This document shows, piece by piece, positions 27,707 to 36,655 of a DNA stretch of 53,335 nt (positions within the stretch are counted from its first letter, which is position 1; each line of letters opens with the position of its first letter). Both the position numbers and the translations under genes were made by a program. Source of the DNA: Steroidobacteraceae bacterium (lineage in GTDB: Bacteria; Pseudomonadota; Gammaproteobacteria; Steroidobacterales; Steroidobacteraceae); the NCBI GenBank assembly GCA_050738535.1, contig JBOHZT010000001.1, positions 1-53,335 on the forward strand. The letters run 5' to 3'. The notes under the pieces are model-generated. The model searched no databases. It saw only the letters and a list, made by a program, of their open reading frames with translations, and was not told the origin of the DNA.

Positions 27707-29854
27707 CTACCAGATCCTCACCCGCTTGCCGGCGGTGCGCACCATCTTGTCACCCGCCTTGCACTGGAACGCCGCTGCGAACTGCGGCATGTCCGAGGGC
27801 CCGGCGATCGCACGGACGTTTACCGGCGAGTGCGGATCGATATTGAGCATCAGCTCCTCGAACTTGGGCCGCGCGCTGCCGCGCCACACGCGCGCCCAGT
27901 TGAGGAAGAAGCGCTGGTCCTGCGTGAATCCCTGGATCTTCTCGTGGGCGAGCGTCGGATCGCTCGCGAGCACCTTCTGGAGCGCGTGGTAGGCGAGATC
28001 GAGGCCGCCCAGGTCAGCGATGTTCTCCCCGAGCGTGAGCTCGCCGTTGACGTGGATCTTCGGCTTGCCCGGGATGGGCGCGTAGGCGTCGAACTGCTTG
28101 ACGAGCGCCTTCGTGCGCGCGTCGAACCGTGCCTTGTCCTGCTTCGTCCACCAGTTGCGGCGGTTCCCGTTGCCGTCGAATTGGCTGCCCTGATCGTCGA
28201 AGCCGTGGCTCGACTCGTGGCCGATCACGGCGCCGATGCCGCCGTAGTTGAGCGCGTCGTCGCCGTTCGCGAAGAAGAAGGGCGGCTGGAGGATCGCGGC
28301 CGGGAAATTGATGGTATTGGTCTGGGGATCGTAATAGGCATTGACGGTCTGCGGCGTCATCAGCCATTCGCGGCGGTCGGTCTTCTTGCCGATCTTGCCG
28401 ATCAGGTAGTGATAGTTGAACTTGCTCGCCGCCTCGAGGTTCTCGTAGTAATGCCCCGGGACGATCGTGAGGCCGGTCCAGTCGCGCCACTCGTCCGGGT
28501 CCGGGTAGCCGATTTTCGGGATGAACTTGTCGAGTTTCGCGAGCGCCTTGGCCTTGGTGGCCGGGCTCATCCATCCCAGGGTCTCGATCCGGCTCTTCAG
28601 CGCGCCGCGGATGTTGGCGACGAGTTGCTCCGCGCGCGCCTTCGCCGCGGGCGGGAAGTACTTGGCGACATAGAGCTTGCCGACTGCCATGCCCATCGCG
28701 TCGTTCACGGCGGAGAGCACGCGCTGCCAGCGCGGGCGCTGCGCAGGCTGGCCCTGAAGAGTTTTGCGGTAGAAGCCGAACCAGTTGTTCTCGAACGGCT
28801 GGCTCAGGTCAGGCGCGGCGGAATCGATCGTGTGGAAGGCGAGATAGGCCCGCCACTCGGAGAGCGGAGCGTGCGCGAGCAGCCGGTCCATCTCCACGAT
28901 GAATTTCGGCTGCGAGAGCGAGAACCCCTTGCCGACATTCACGCCCTGCGCGGCGAGGAATGCGCTCCAGCTGAAATGCGGGCTGAGGCGGTCCGCCTGC
29001 GCCAGCGTCACGAAGTGGTACTGGTTGTCAAGATTGCGCAGCTCGGTCGGGGAGAGGGAGTCTTTCGCGAGCGCGGTCTCGAGGCGCATGACCCCGCGCG
29101 CCTCGGTCGCGGCGGCTTTCGCCGCGGTGCCGGTGAGCTCGAGGGACTTCGCGATGTAGGCCACGTAGGCCGCACGGATTTTCGCGTACTGGGGCTTGAA
29201 GTAGTAGGCGGGCGTCGGCAGTCCGAGGCCGGCCTGATTCACGAAGCCGATCTGCACGGTCGCGTCGCGGAAGTCGGCACCGTTCGAGAACGAGAAGAGG
29301 TAGGAGTCCCCAGCAGCGAAGCGCGCGTCGATGAATTTCGCGATATCGCCGCGCTCGAGCTTCGCGATCGCCTCGAGCTGCGGCTCGATGGGATCGAAGC
29401 CGGCTTCGTTGATGGCGCCCGTGTCCAACCCGGCCGCGTAGAGCCATCCGAGCTTGCGCTGGATCGAGCCGGCCGGATCGTGAGCCGCGCTCTTGGCGGC
29501 CGCCTCGACGATCGTCCGCTGCTCCTCGAGACTCTTCTGCTGGAGCTCGTCGAACGCGCCCCAGCGCGAATGGTCGGCGGGAATGGGATTTGCCGCGATC
29601 CACCTGGCGTTCACGTAATCGAAGAAATCGTTGCAGGGACTGTAACGCTCGTCGAGCTCGAAAGGCGCGGGCTTGCGGGCGACGGCGGGTTGCGCCCGGG
29701 CGGTCGATGCCGTATGCCCCGCGGCCGCGCCGGCCGGCGCGCCGGGCTTGGCGGCTGGCGCCCTTGCGCCGCCTTGCGGGCTGCGGCTGCAGCCGCAGGC
29801 GAGCGCGGCCCCTGCCGCGAGGAGTGCGATCGATGAGAGCCGCCGTGTATTCAT
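27707..29854 (-). CDS. M13-family zinc metallopeptidase (PepO/endothelin-converting-enzyme-like), lipoprotein
   Basis: Lipobox 'AALACGC'. 'VNAYYDP', zincin 'HESSHGFD', 'GENIADLGG', and a C-terminal 'VRIW'. Confidence 0.9.
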   Translation of the reverse strand: MNTRRLSSIALLAAGAALACGCSRSPQGGARAPAAKPGAPAGAAAGHTASTARAQPAVARKPAPFELDERYSPCNDFFDYVNARWIAANPIPADHSRWGAFDELQQKSLEEQRTIVEAAAKSAAHDPAGSIQRKLGWLYAAGLDTGAINEAGFDPIEPQLEAIAKLERGDIAKFIDARFAAGDSYLFSFSNGADFRDATVQIGFVNQAGLGLPTPAYYFKPQYAKIRAAYVAYIAKSLELTGTAAKAAATEARGVMRLETALAKDSLSPTELRNLDNQYHFVTLAQADRLSPHFSWSAFLAAQGVNVGKGFSLSQPKFIVEMDRLLAHAPLSEWRAYLAFHTIDSAAPDLSQPFENNWFGFYRKTLQGQPAQRPRWQRVLSAVNDAMGMAVGKLYVAKYFPPAAKARAEQLVANIRGALKSRIETLGWMSPATKAKALAKLDKFIPKIGYPDPDEWRDWTGLTIVPGHYYENLEAASKFNYHYLIGKIGKKTDRREWLMTPQTVNAYYDPQTNTINFPAAILQPPFFFANGDDALNYGGIGAVIGHESSHGFDDQGSQFDGNGNRRNWWTKQDKARFDARTKALVKQFDAYAPIPGKPKIHVNGELTLGENIADLGGLDLAYHALQKVLASDPTLAHEKIQGFTQDQRFFLNWARVWRGSARPKFEELMLNIDPHSPVNVRAIAGPSDMPQFAAAFQCKAGDKMVRTAGKRVRIW

Positions 29855-29909
29855 GAATGGTCCTCAGGCCCAGCGGCCTGCCGCTCGAGGCACGCACGAG
29901 CGGCAGGCA

Positions 29910-30566
29910 TCACAAATCTTCGAGCTCGAGCGGGCTGCGCGCGCGCTCGAGGGTGCGGTAGGCGAGCCGCTGGATCTTCCAGGCTCCGCGCACGCGTACA
30001 TAGCGGTTGTCGAGCGTGCCGCGCTCCCACCACACCTGATTCGCCTGCCCCTGCTGGCGCGCCATCTCCGCGAGCGACCCGAGGGACGCTGAGTCCTGCG
30101 GCGCAAGTGAGGAACGCATGCGCACCAGGCACGTGAAGCGGGCCTCGGCCGAGCGGCGGTCCACGGCCACGCGGATTTCCTGACCGGGCGCCGGACGATC
30201 GAGCACGAGCGTGGGGCAGGGCTCTGCGCCGAGCGCGCCATGGAAGTCCACTGCGGCGTCCGGGGCAAGGAGCGCCGCGAGCTCCTCGTACCGCCCGGCG
30301 TCGATGGCGCGCCCGAGCGCATGATGCAGCGCCGCGATCGCATCGCGATCCTCGAGCGCGCCGAGCCGTCGCGACAACGCGTGCCGGCTTGCGTCCGCCG
30401 CGGAGCCCGTGCCCGCGCCGCGCCCCATTCGCGGAACGCCCGATACCGCTGTGGCCGAAGCCAGCGTGGCGGACAGCGTCGCGCCGGCCTTCCACAGGAA
30501 GGAGCGCCGCTCGGGCGGCGGCGGCTCCGCGCCCACGCGCTCGGCCGGAGATTTCTCGCGTGCCAT
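29910..30566 (-). CDS. Tat-exported NTF2/SnoaL-like domain protein
   Basis: Twin-arginine signal 'ERRSFLWKAGATLSATLASA'. The mature part 'LEDRDAIAALHHALGRAIDAGRYEELAALLAPDA' is typical of the SnoaL_4/NTF2 fold. It sits 12 nt downstream of the calycin-repeat gene. Confidence 0.6.
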   Translation of the reverse strand: MAREKSPAERVGAEPPPPERRSFLWKAGATLSATLASATAVSGVPRMGRGAGTGSAADASRHALSRRLGALEDRDAIAALHHALGRAIDAGRYEELAALLAPDAAVDFHGALGAEPCPTLVLDRPAPGQEIRVAVDRRSAEARFTCLVRMRSSLAPQDSASLGSLAEMARQQGQANQVWWERGTLDNRYVRVRGAWKIQRLAYRTLERARSPLELEDL

Positions 30567-30578
30567 GGCTTGCCCCCT

Positions 30579-32306
30579 CTAAGTCCACCTCGGACTGTAG
30601 AACCGCTTGAGATCGAACTCGCCGCCGCTGCGGGCTTCGGCGCCGACCGCGCCGAGCGACAGCCCGCGCTTGCTGACGTTATAGCCGATGCCGCAGTCGT
30701 GCATCATGCGGGTGTTGATGACGAGCACTCCGAGCGTGCCGTTGCACGCCTCCTCGAGCCAGTTGAAGAGATACAGGTCGTCCCGCAGCTTGACGTACTG
30801 CGCAGGCCCGCTCCACTCGAGGCCGCCGGCATCGTTCCCGAGGAAGATGATCCATGAGAAGGAGTAGGGGGTCGTGTAGACGTGCATCGAGGTGAGCCCC
30901 GGCGAGTAATGCCAGGTCATCGCTCGCCCGACCAGCTCGTCGGTGAAGTGGTGGCGCAGGTACTGTGGCGGCGTCAGGCCCTCGAGCTCGAGGGTGCCGA
31001 AGTAGGTCTTCCGCGAGGCCTCGTTCGCCATGTACTTCGTGCCGAGCATGCCGTGCACGCAGGTCGTCAAGCCGTTGCCGAAGTCGATCGCCACGGCGAG
31101 GCAATCGTGCCGCGGGGCTCCGGTGAGGTAATGGCCGAAGAAGATCACGTCCCGAGCAGGTTCCCACGCCTCGTAGGTCTCCTCGCGCCAGCGGGAAGTG
31201 CCTGCGTGGCGCCAGCGCAGCTGCCTCGGGCTGTCGAACCGGTACTCGATGACCGGTCCGCCGCCCTCGTAACGCGCGGTGAACGTCTTGCCGACGAGAT
31301 AGCTCGTGGTCGGCAGATGGTTGCCGGCCATCGGGCTTTCGTGGAACGCGACGGTGCTGTGCTTGCAGGCGGCCTCGACTTCCGCCTTCGTCATCGGTGG
31401 ACTCGTGAGGAGCGGACGATAGACCGGGCGGTCGCCCTTGTGGGTCGGACGCTGGCGCTTGCCGAGATCGATCTTCTTGCCCTCGTCGTCGAAGGGCTCG
31501 AAGGCAGCGATCTGACCGACCATCGCCCCCGAGCCGTCGAACACGTAGTACTCGAGCGCATCGTTGGCGTCGAAGCCGAGACGTACGCCCGCCTGCCGAC
31601 TCTCGTTCACGTCGAGCACATACAGGGTGAAGGTGCCGGAGAAACCCCCCTCCACGCGCGAGTAGATATAGCGGTCCTCGTCGAGCTTCACGTAGTCCGA
31701 GGCCGCGCAGAAGCACAGCTCCCCGCCGAGCCGGGTGAGCTCGACGAAGGTCGAGTACAGCACGGACGGGTAGATCTCGAGCGTCTCGATGCCATTGTCC
31801 TGCGTCCAGTGGAAGCCCTTGCCCTCGAGCCGGTTCGTGATCGCGTGGCGCGCCGTCGGCGGGGCCTTGCCTGCGACCTCGACGTATCCGTAATGGATCT
31901 CCCGCTGCACTTCGCGGTTGTCGACGTAGCCGCTGAACCAGATCTCGAACACGGTCGCGAGGTGGCTGTCGCGATCGATTACGACGTTGTAGCCCGTCTG
32001 GGTGCCGGGCACCATGTGCGAGAAGAAGACGTAACGGTCGAGCGTCAGGGCGCCGTATCCGGTTCGTACCGGGGAATCCTTGCCCACCGAGACCGAGAGC
32101 TTGCGGTCGCCGTCAAAGGTGTAATGGAGGTCGAGGCCGTCGTCCGTCGCGATCCTGAGCGACTTGCCGGCGAGCACGTCCGAGTACCGCGAGTGGCAAG
32201 CGGGGCCTGCCGCGGCCGCCGCGAGCTTGGTACCGATCTCACCGCGGGTGAGCTTCGTGTACCGGATGCGGTGCATCTGCTCCTTGGGATAGATGATTCT
32301 TCGCAT
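30579..32306 (-). CDS. MoaF/phenolic-acid-decarboxylase-like calycin protein with four tandem beta-barrel modules; function unknown
   Basis: 575 aa with four ~140-aa units. Each unit opens with 'L-x-G-K/R' (LAGKSLRIATDDG, LEGKGFHWTQDNG, LVGKTFTARYEGGG, LVGRAMTWHYSPG) and contains a 'Y-x-x-L...Y...E...G(T)' pattern similar to the MoaF/PAD lipocalin fold. Confidence 0.4.
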   Translation of the reverse strand: MRRIIYPKEQMHRIRYTKLTRGEIGTKLAAAAAGPACHSRYSDVLAGKSLRIATDDGLDLHYTFDGDRKLSVSVGKDSPVRTGYGALTLDRYVFFSHMVPGTQTGYNVVIDRDSHLATVFEIWFSGYVDNREVQREIHYGYVEVAGKAPPTARHAITNRLEGKGFHWTQDNGIETLEIYPSVLYSTFVELTRLGGELCFCAASDYVKLDEDRYIYSRVEGGFSGTFTLYVLDVNESRQAGVRLGFDANDALEYYVFDGSGAMVGQIAAFEPFDDEGKKIDLGKRQRPTHKGDRPVYRPLLTSPPMTKAEVEAACKHSTVAFHESPMAGNHLPTTSYLVGKTFTARYEGGGPVIEYRFDSPRQLRWRHAGTSRWREETYEAWEPARDVIFFGHYLTGAPRHDCLAVAIDFGNGLTTCVHGMLGTKYMANEASRKTYFGTLELEGLTPPQYLRHHFTDELVGRAMTWHYSPGLTSMHVYTTPYSFSWIIFLGNDAGGLEWSGPAQYVKLRDDLYLFNWLEEACNGTLGVLVINTRMMHDCGIGYNVSKRGLSLGAVGAEARSGGEFDLKRFYSPRWT

Positions 32307-32401
32307 GGGTTCTCCTCGAAGAAGGATGCGGAGCCGTATCGCGCGCCGGATTGTAACGCCATAGAATCCCGGAATGCGCGCCGCAAGATGAGGATGTCGC
32401 C

Positions 32402-32878
32402 ATGCCGGAGCAAGAGATTCGGCCGCCGCTGCCGCCGTTCACCCGGGAGAGCGCGATCCAGAAGATCCGCCAGGCCGAGGATGGCTGGAATTCACGCGAT
32501 CCGGCGCGGGTCGCGCTCGTTTATTCGCGGGACACCGTGTGGCGCAACCGCGCGGAATTCCTGAGCGGGCGCGCCGAGATCCTCGCGTTCCTCGAGCGCA
32601 AGTGGCGCAAGGAGCTCGACTACCGCCTCGTCAAGGAGCTGTGGGCCTTCGAGGGCAATCGTATCGCGGTGCGCTTCGCCTACGAGTGGCACGATGACTC
32701 CGGGAACTGGTGGAGGTCGTACGGGAACGAGAATTGGGAGTTCGGCGCGGACGGCCTCATGACGCGCCGCCACGCGAGCATCAACGATCTGCCGATCGCG
32801 GTCGCCGAGCGTAAATTTCATTGGCCGCTCGGACGGCGGCCGGACGCTCACCCCGGTCTGAGCGAGCTCGGATTTTAA
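32402..32878 (+). CDS. DUF1348-family NTF2-like protein
   Basis: 158 aa. '[50 protein letters not shown]...[21 protein letters not shown]' matches the conserved DUF1348 pattern. Confidence 0.75.
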   Translation: MPEQEIRPPLPPFTRESAIQKIRQAEDGWNSRDPARVALVYSRDTVWRNRAEFLSGRAEILAFLERKWRKELDYRLVKELWAFEGNRIAVRFAYEWHDDSGNWWRSYGNENWEFGADGLMTRRHASINDLPIAVAERKFHWPLGRRPDAHPGLSELGF

Positions 32879-33865
32879 TTAGATCTCCCAGAGCTCACAG
32901 CGGATGCCGTCGGGATCGACGAAGCGCAGGCGCCGCTCCTTCTCGCGGGCCGCGACCGGCTCGACTCGCGCGCCGCGCGCCTCGAGCCCGGCCCGCACTC
33001 GGCCGAAATCGAATTTCAGGACCTTGATGGCGAAGGCGGCGATGGCCGGCGATTCTCCGCTCGCCGCCTGCTCGAGCCCGAGGCGGGTGCCGTTCAGTGC
33101 GAAGTAGAGGCGCTTCGAGGCGCTGCGATGGGGCGTGAGTCCGAAGAGCTGCTGGAACGTCGCGCTCGCGGCATCGAGATGGGAGACGCGTAGCGTGACC
33201 TGCCGGAAACCATGCGCCGTGACGAGCGGCTGTCCGCTGTAGAGCGCCGGCATGGGCGCGAACCCGCCCGGCGCAACGCCATGGTGCTCGGCGGCCGGCG
33301 CTGCGTGCCTGATGCCTTGCGGATGTGCGCTGAGCGGCCGCAGTCCTCCGAGCAGCTGCACGGGAATGCTGTCGATATCGACGAACGTCCCTGCCGCGAA
33401 GTAGTGCAGGCCCTGCTGGGTCAGGCGAGCGCGCCAGGCGGCGAGCTCGAAGGACCGGGCCATGACGGCGAAGTGGTCGATGAACGCCTTCGTCTGCGCG
33501 CCCTGGGCGGCGGCTTTTAGGGGACCGATCGAGAGCGAGCCGGGCCTGAAGTCGATGAGATAGCGCAGGGCCGGCTGCCGCTGCCCGAGGAGCATGCCGG
33601 GGTCGAATAGGTGGCTGTAGAAGGTGGCGGACTTCGCCACGTCGGGCACGGAGATGCCGATGTGGTTGACGAGCTGACGCAGCTGCAGCGGCAGCCGCAA
33701 GGGTCCGGTCGCCGTTTCCGCAGAAGCCGCTGTTGCGGCGCGTGCGGGGCCCGCGAGCAGCAGCCATGGCGCGGCGCCGAGCGCTGCAGCGCTCTCGAGG
33801 AGCAGGCGGCGGCGCGTCAGTTGCGGTCCGCTAGGCTTACCGCTCGTCGCGAGGGGATCGCTCAT
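32879..33865 (-). CDS. Tat-exported two-domain VOC (glyoxalase/bleomycin-resistance/extradiol dioxygenase) family protein
   Basis: Start MSDPL at 33865. Tat signal 'TRRRLLLESAAALGAAPWLLLAGPARA'. Two VOC modules ('VNHIGISVPDVAKSATFYSHLF' and 'FRQVTLRVSHLDAASATFQQLFG...FVDPDGIRCELWE'). Confidence 0.7.
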   Translation of the reverse strand: MSDPLATSGKPSGPQLTRRRLLLESAAALGAAPWLLLAGPARAATAASAETATGPLRLPLQLRQLVNHIGISVPDVAKSATFYSHLFDPGMLLGQRQPALRYLIDFRPGSLSIGPLKAAAQGAQTKAFIDHFAVMARSFELAAWRARLTQQGLHYFAAGTFVDIDSIPVQLLGGLRPLSAHPQGIRHAAPAAEHHGVAPGGFAPMPALYSGQPLVTAHGFRQVTLRVSHLDAASATFQQLFGLTPHRSASKRLYFALNGTRLGLEQAASGESPAIAAFAIKVLKFDFGRVRAGLEARGARVEPVAAREKERRLRFVDPDGIRCELWEI

Positions 33866-34004
33866 GTTCGCTCCCGAGGTGAGTTGGCGCCTCGCGCACC
33901 TTACAGCCGGCCGCGGCGGTGGTCCAGGCGGGCGCGGGCCGATGCGCTCCCGCCGATTGAGTATCATCGTAGGCGCGTCGCCGCGCCGCGAAGGAGGAAT
34001 GCCG

Positions 34005-34487
34005 ATGTCACCGCGTCTAGATTATTTCAAGCTGTCCCCGCAAGGGCTCGCCGCCATGCGGCAGCTCGAGGGCTATCTCTCGAGCTGCGGCCTCGAGGCA
34101 TCGCTGCGCGAGCTCGTGAAGACCCGGGCATCGCAGCTCAACGGCTGCGCCTACTGTCTCGACATGCACACGAAGGACGCGCGCGCCGCCGGGGAGACCG
34201 AGCAGCGCCTGTACACGCTTTCGGCCTGGCGGGAGACGCCGTTCTTCAGCGACCGCGAGCGTGCCGCGCTCGCCTGGACCGATGCCGTTACCCGGGTCTC
34301 GGAGGGCGGCACCGACGATGCGCTCTATGAAGAGCTGCAGCGGCATTTCTCGGAGAAGGAGATCGTCGATTTGACGCTCGCGATCGTCGCGATCAACGGC
34401 TGGAACCGCCTGGCGATTCCCTTCCGGTCACCGGCGGGGAGCTATCAACCGCGCAGTCACGCTCCGGCTGGATCGACGCGAGCGTAG
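34005..34487 (+). CDS. Carboxymuconolactone decarboxylase (AhpD-like) family protein
   Basis: 'ELVKTRASQLNGCAYCLDMHTKDARAAGETEQRLYTLSAWRETPFFSDRERAALAWTDAVT' carries the CxxC/His signature. The ATG at 34005 lies 7 nt after AAGGAGGA. Confidence 0.8.
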   Translation: MSPRLDYFKLSPQGLAAMRQLEGYLSSCGLEASLRELVKTRASQLNGCAYCLDMHTKDARAAGETEQRLYTLSAWRETPFFSDRERAALAWTDAVTRVSEGGTDDALYEELQRHFSEKEIVDLTLAIVAINGWNRLAIPFRSPAGSYQPRSHAPAGSTRA

Positions 34488-35017
34488 AGGAGAGTCCCGT
34501 CGGGCTGGCGCCGTGCCGCCGGCGTGAGCTTCGCGTCCGTCAGCTTGCCGGGCCCCATGATGTGCCGCACCGGATGGCCGGAGGCGAGCAGGTAGTCGGC
34601 GATGATCCGGCGGTGGCACCGCCACCAGACCGCTTCGGCGCACATGATGGCGCTGCGGTGTGTCGCGGCGAGGCTCTCCAGCTCCTCGAGTCCTGTACGG
34701 AACTCCGCCGTCGTGGCGTAATCAGCGTAGTTGCGAAAGCTCGCGTTCTCCCAGAACTCGTTGGGCGAGGGGCCGCTGCCGCGCCTGCGCCCGCGCAAGC
34801 CGCCGAGCGCGGCGATGTGCCGGTAGCCGATGCCGGCGCGCTCGAGCTCGCGCGGCAGGCTGTCCGCATTGAACTGGGGATTCGTCCGCGATCGTGGCAC
34901 CGTCCGGACATCGACGAGCAGGTCGACGCCGCCCTCGCGCAGCAGCCCGATGAGCTCGGCGAGCGAGTGCGTGGAATGGCCGATCGTCAGTATCTCCGGA
35001 AGCATCGATCGCAGCAT
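34457..35017 (-). CDS. DUF488-family protein
   Basis: 'ILTIGHSTHSLAELIGLLREGGVDLLVDVRTVPRSRTNPQFN...GIGYRHIAALGG...AIMCAEAVWWRCHRRIIADYL'. The start ATG shares 1 nt with the monooxygenase stop (TGATG). The 3' end overlaps the convergent CMD gene by 31 nt. Confidence 0.75.
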   Translation of the reverse strand: MLRSMLPEILTIGHSTHSLAELIGLLREGGVDLLVDVRTVPRSRTNPQFNADSLPRELERAGIGYRHIAALGGLRGRRRGSGPSPNEFWENASFRNYADYATTAEFRTGLEELESLAATHRSAIMCAEAVWWRCHRRIIADYLLASGHPVRHIMGPGKLTDAKLTPAARRQPDGTLLYARVDPAGA

Positions 35018-36633
35018 CAATCGGCGCGCGACAAGATCTGCGCGAGCGCCCGTCTCAGCGCTTGCGCGGGCCGGGCGGGCAGGACCTTCGCGCGCAAGCC
35101 GACGAACCCGTCCGGCCGCACGAGCACCGCTCCTGAGGCGGAGAGCCCGTGGGACGCGGCGAAGCGCCCCTCGGGGTCCGTGAGCTCGGCCCCGATCCCG
35201 TGGGCCTCGAGCTCGACGCCGCCGAGACTCTCCGCGGCCTCGCGGGCAGCCTGGCACCAGGCGGTCCCCCGGGGAGCCGCGAGCAGCACGAAGGACTTGC
35301 CGTAGAGATCGAGCGTCGAGAGGCGCTGTCCGGCTCGCTCGAGCCATAGATGGGGCGCCCGCGAGCCCGGACGGCCGCGCGATTCGCGGGGATCCTCGTG
35401 CAACGGCGCCGCCTCGCTCTCGGAGCAAATCGCTCCCGAGCGGTAGAGATAGCCGAGCTCGATATGCAGATCATCGATCTGCGGCTCGAAATCCCGGGCG
35501 CCGAGATGCGGCGCCGTGCGCGTGACGTAGCGGGTGTACGCCTGCTCGACGGTCATCTTCCCGATGGGCCGCCGCTCCTCCCCGTAGCTCGACAGCAATT
35601 GCGGCCCGGCCGCGCCCCGCAGGGTCCAGGCGAGTTTCCAGGCGAGATTGTGCGCATCGTGGATGCCGGTGTTGCCTCCGAAGCCGCCGTTCGGAGGCAT
35701 GACGTGCGCGGCATCGCCCGCGAGGAAGACGCGCCCCTGTTGATAGCTTTGCGCGACATCCGTCACCGCTCGCCAGCGCGCGACGCCGTCGATCTTGACC
35801 GGGGTGTCGGGAACGCCGATGCCGGCGCGCAGGAGTTCGCGGAGCCGCTGCTCGCTCGTGTCGGCGGCGGCATCGCCGGCTTTCGGGCTCGCGGGATCGC
35901 CCACGGTGTTGACCGCCAGAAAGCCGCTCTGCGCGGCCTTGTCGAGGCGAATGAAGCCGCTGAGCGTCGGATTGTTGATGTACATGACGCTCAGATTCCG
36001 GCCGGCCATGAGGCGCGCGACATCGGCGTGGAAGTAGATCGTGAGGCTGTTCGAGAAAGTGCCTCGCCCGTCGACGGGGATGCCGGCGAGCGCGCGCGTC
36101 TTGCTGTGCGGTCCGTCGGCTCCCACCAGATAGCGGGCGTGGATCCGCCGCTCCGCGCGAGTATCCACATCCTGGAGGATCGCCGTCACGCCGTCCTCAT
36201 CCTGCGTGAAGCCGGTGAGCGCTTGCCCGTCGAGCACTCGCGTGCCGGCGCGCTCCGCGCGCGCCCGCAGAATCGGCTCGAGTCCCGGCTGGGTGATGAA
36301 CAGGCGTCGCGAGGGAGAGAGCGCCTCGACGCCTTCGTTGAGGCTCGGGATGAAGGCGGCCAACTGCTTTCCGGCGAGCGACTCGAGCGCGACGATCGCG
36401 CCTTCCGGCTGGAACTCACGCTCCGATTGACGCCGCACCTCCTCCTCGATGCCTGCGGATCGGAAGAGCTCGAGCGTCCGCAGGTGGAAGTGCGCGGCGC
36501 GGGGCAGCGCCGATGCCCCGCGCAGCCGCTCCGCGACCGTCGAGGCGATGCCGTGCTCGGCGAGGAACATTGCCGTGGTGAGGCCGACCAGCCCACCTCC
36601 GACGATCAGGACCGGTGTTTCCTCGGTGGTCAT
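35017..36633 (-). CDS. FAD-dependent aromatic-ring monooxygenase (PheA/TfdB-type, with C-terminal thioredoxin-like domain)
   Basis: 'VLIVGGGLVGLTTAMFLAEHG' and '[34 protein letters not shown]'. 538 aa. Confidence 0.85.
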   Translation of the reverse strand: MTTEETPVLIVGGGLVGLTTAMFLAEHGIASTVAERLRGASALPRAAHFHLRTLELFRSAGIEEEVRRQSEREFQPEGAIVALESLAGKQLAAFIPSLNEGVEALSPSRRLFITQPGLEPILRARAERAGTRVLDGQALTGFTQDEDGVTAILQDVDTRAERRIHARYLVGADGPHSKTRALAGIPVDGRGTFSNSLTIYFHADVARLMAGRNLSVMYINNPTLSGFIRLDKAAQSGFLAVNTVGDPASPKAGDAAADTSEQRLRELLRAGIGVPDTPVKIDGVARWRAVTDVAQSYQQGRVFLAGDAAHVMPPNGGFGGNTGIHDAHNLAWKLAWTLRGAAGPQLLSSYGEERRPIGKMTVEQAYTRYVTRTAPHLGARDFEPQIDDLHIELGYLYRSGAICSESEAAPLHEDPRESRGRPGSRAPHLWLERAGQRLSTLDLYGKSFVLLAAPRGTAWCQAAREAAESLGGVELEAHGIGAELTDPEGRFAASHGLSASGAVLVRPDGFVGLRAKVLPARPAQALRRALAQILSRAD

Positions 36634-36655
36634 CTTGCGCTGCCCTCTCGTGGAC

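Noticed and set aside
34457-34487. 31-nt convergent 3'-end overlap between the CMD gene and the DUF488 gene.
   Set aside because: It is probably a harmless consequence of poorly conserved C-terminal tails in GC-rich DNA. No structure or regulatory signal was evident.
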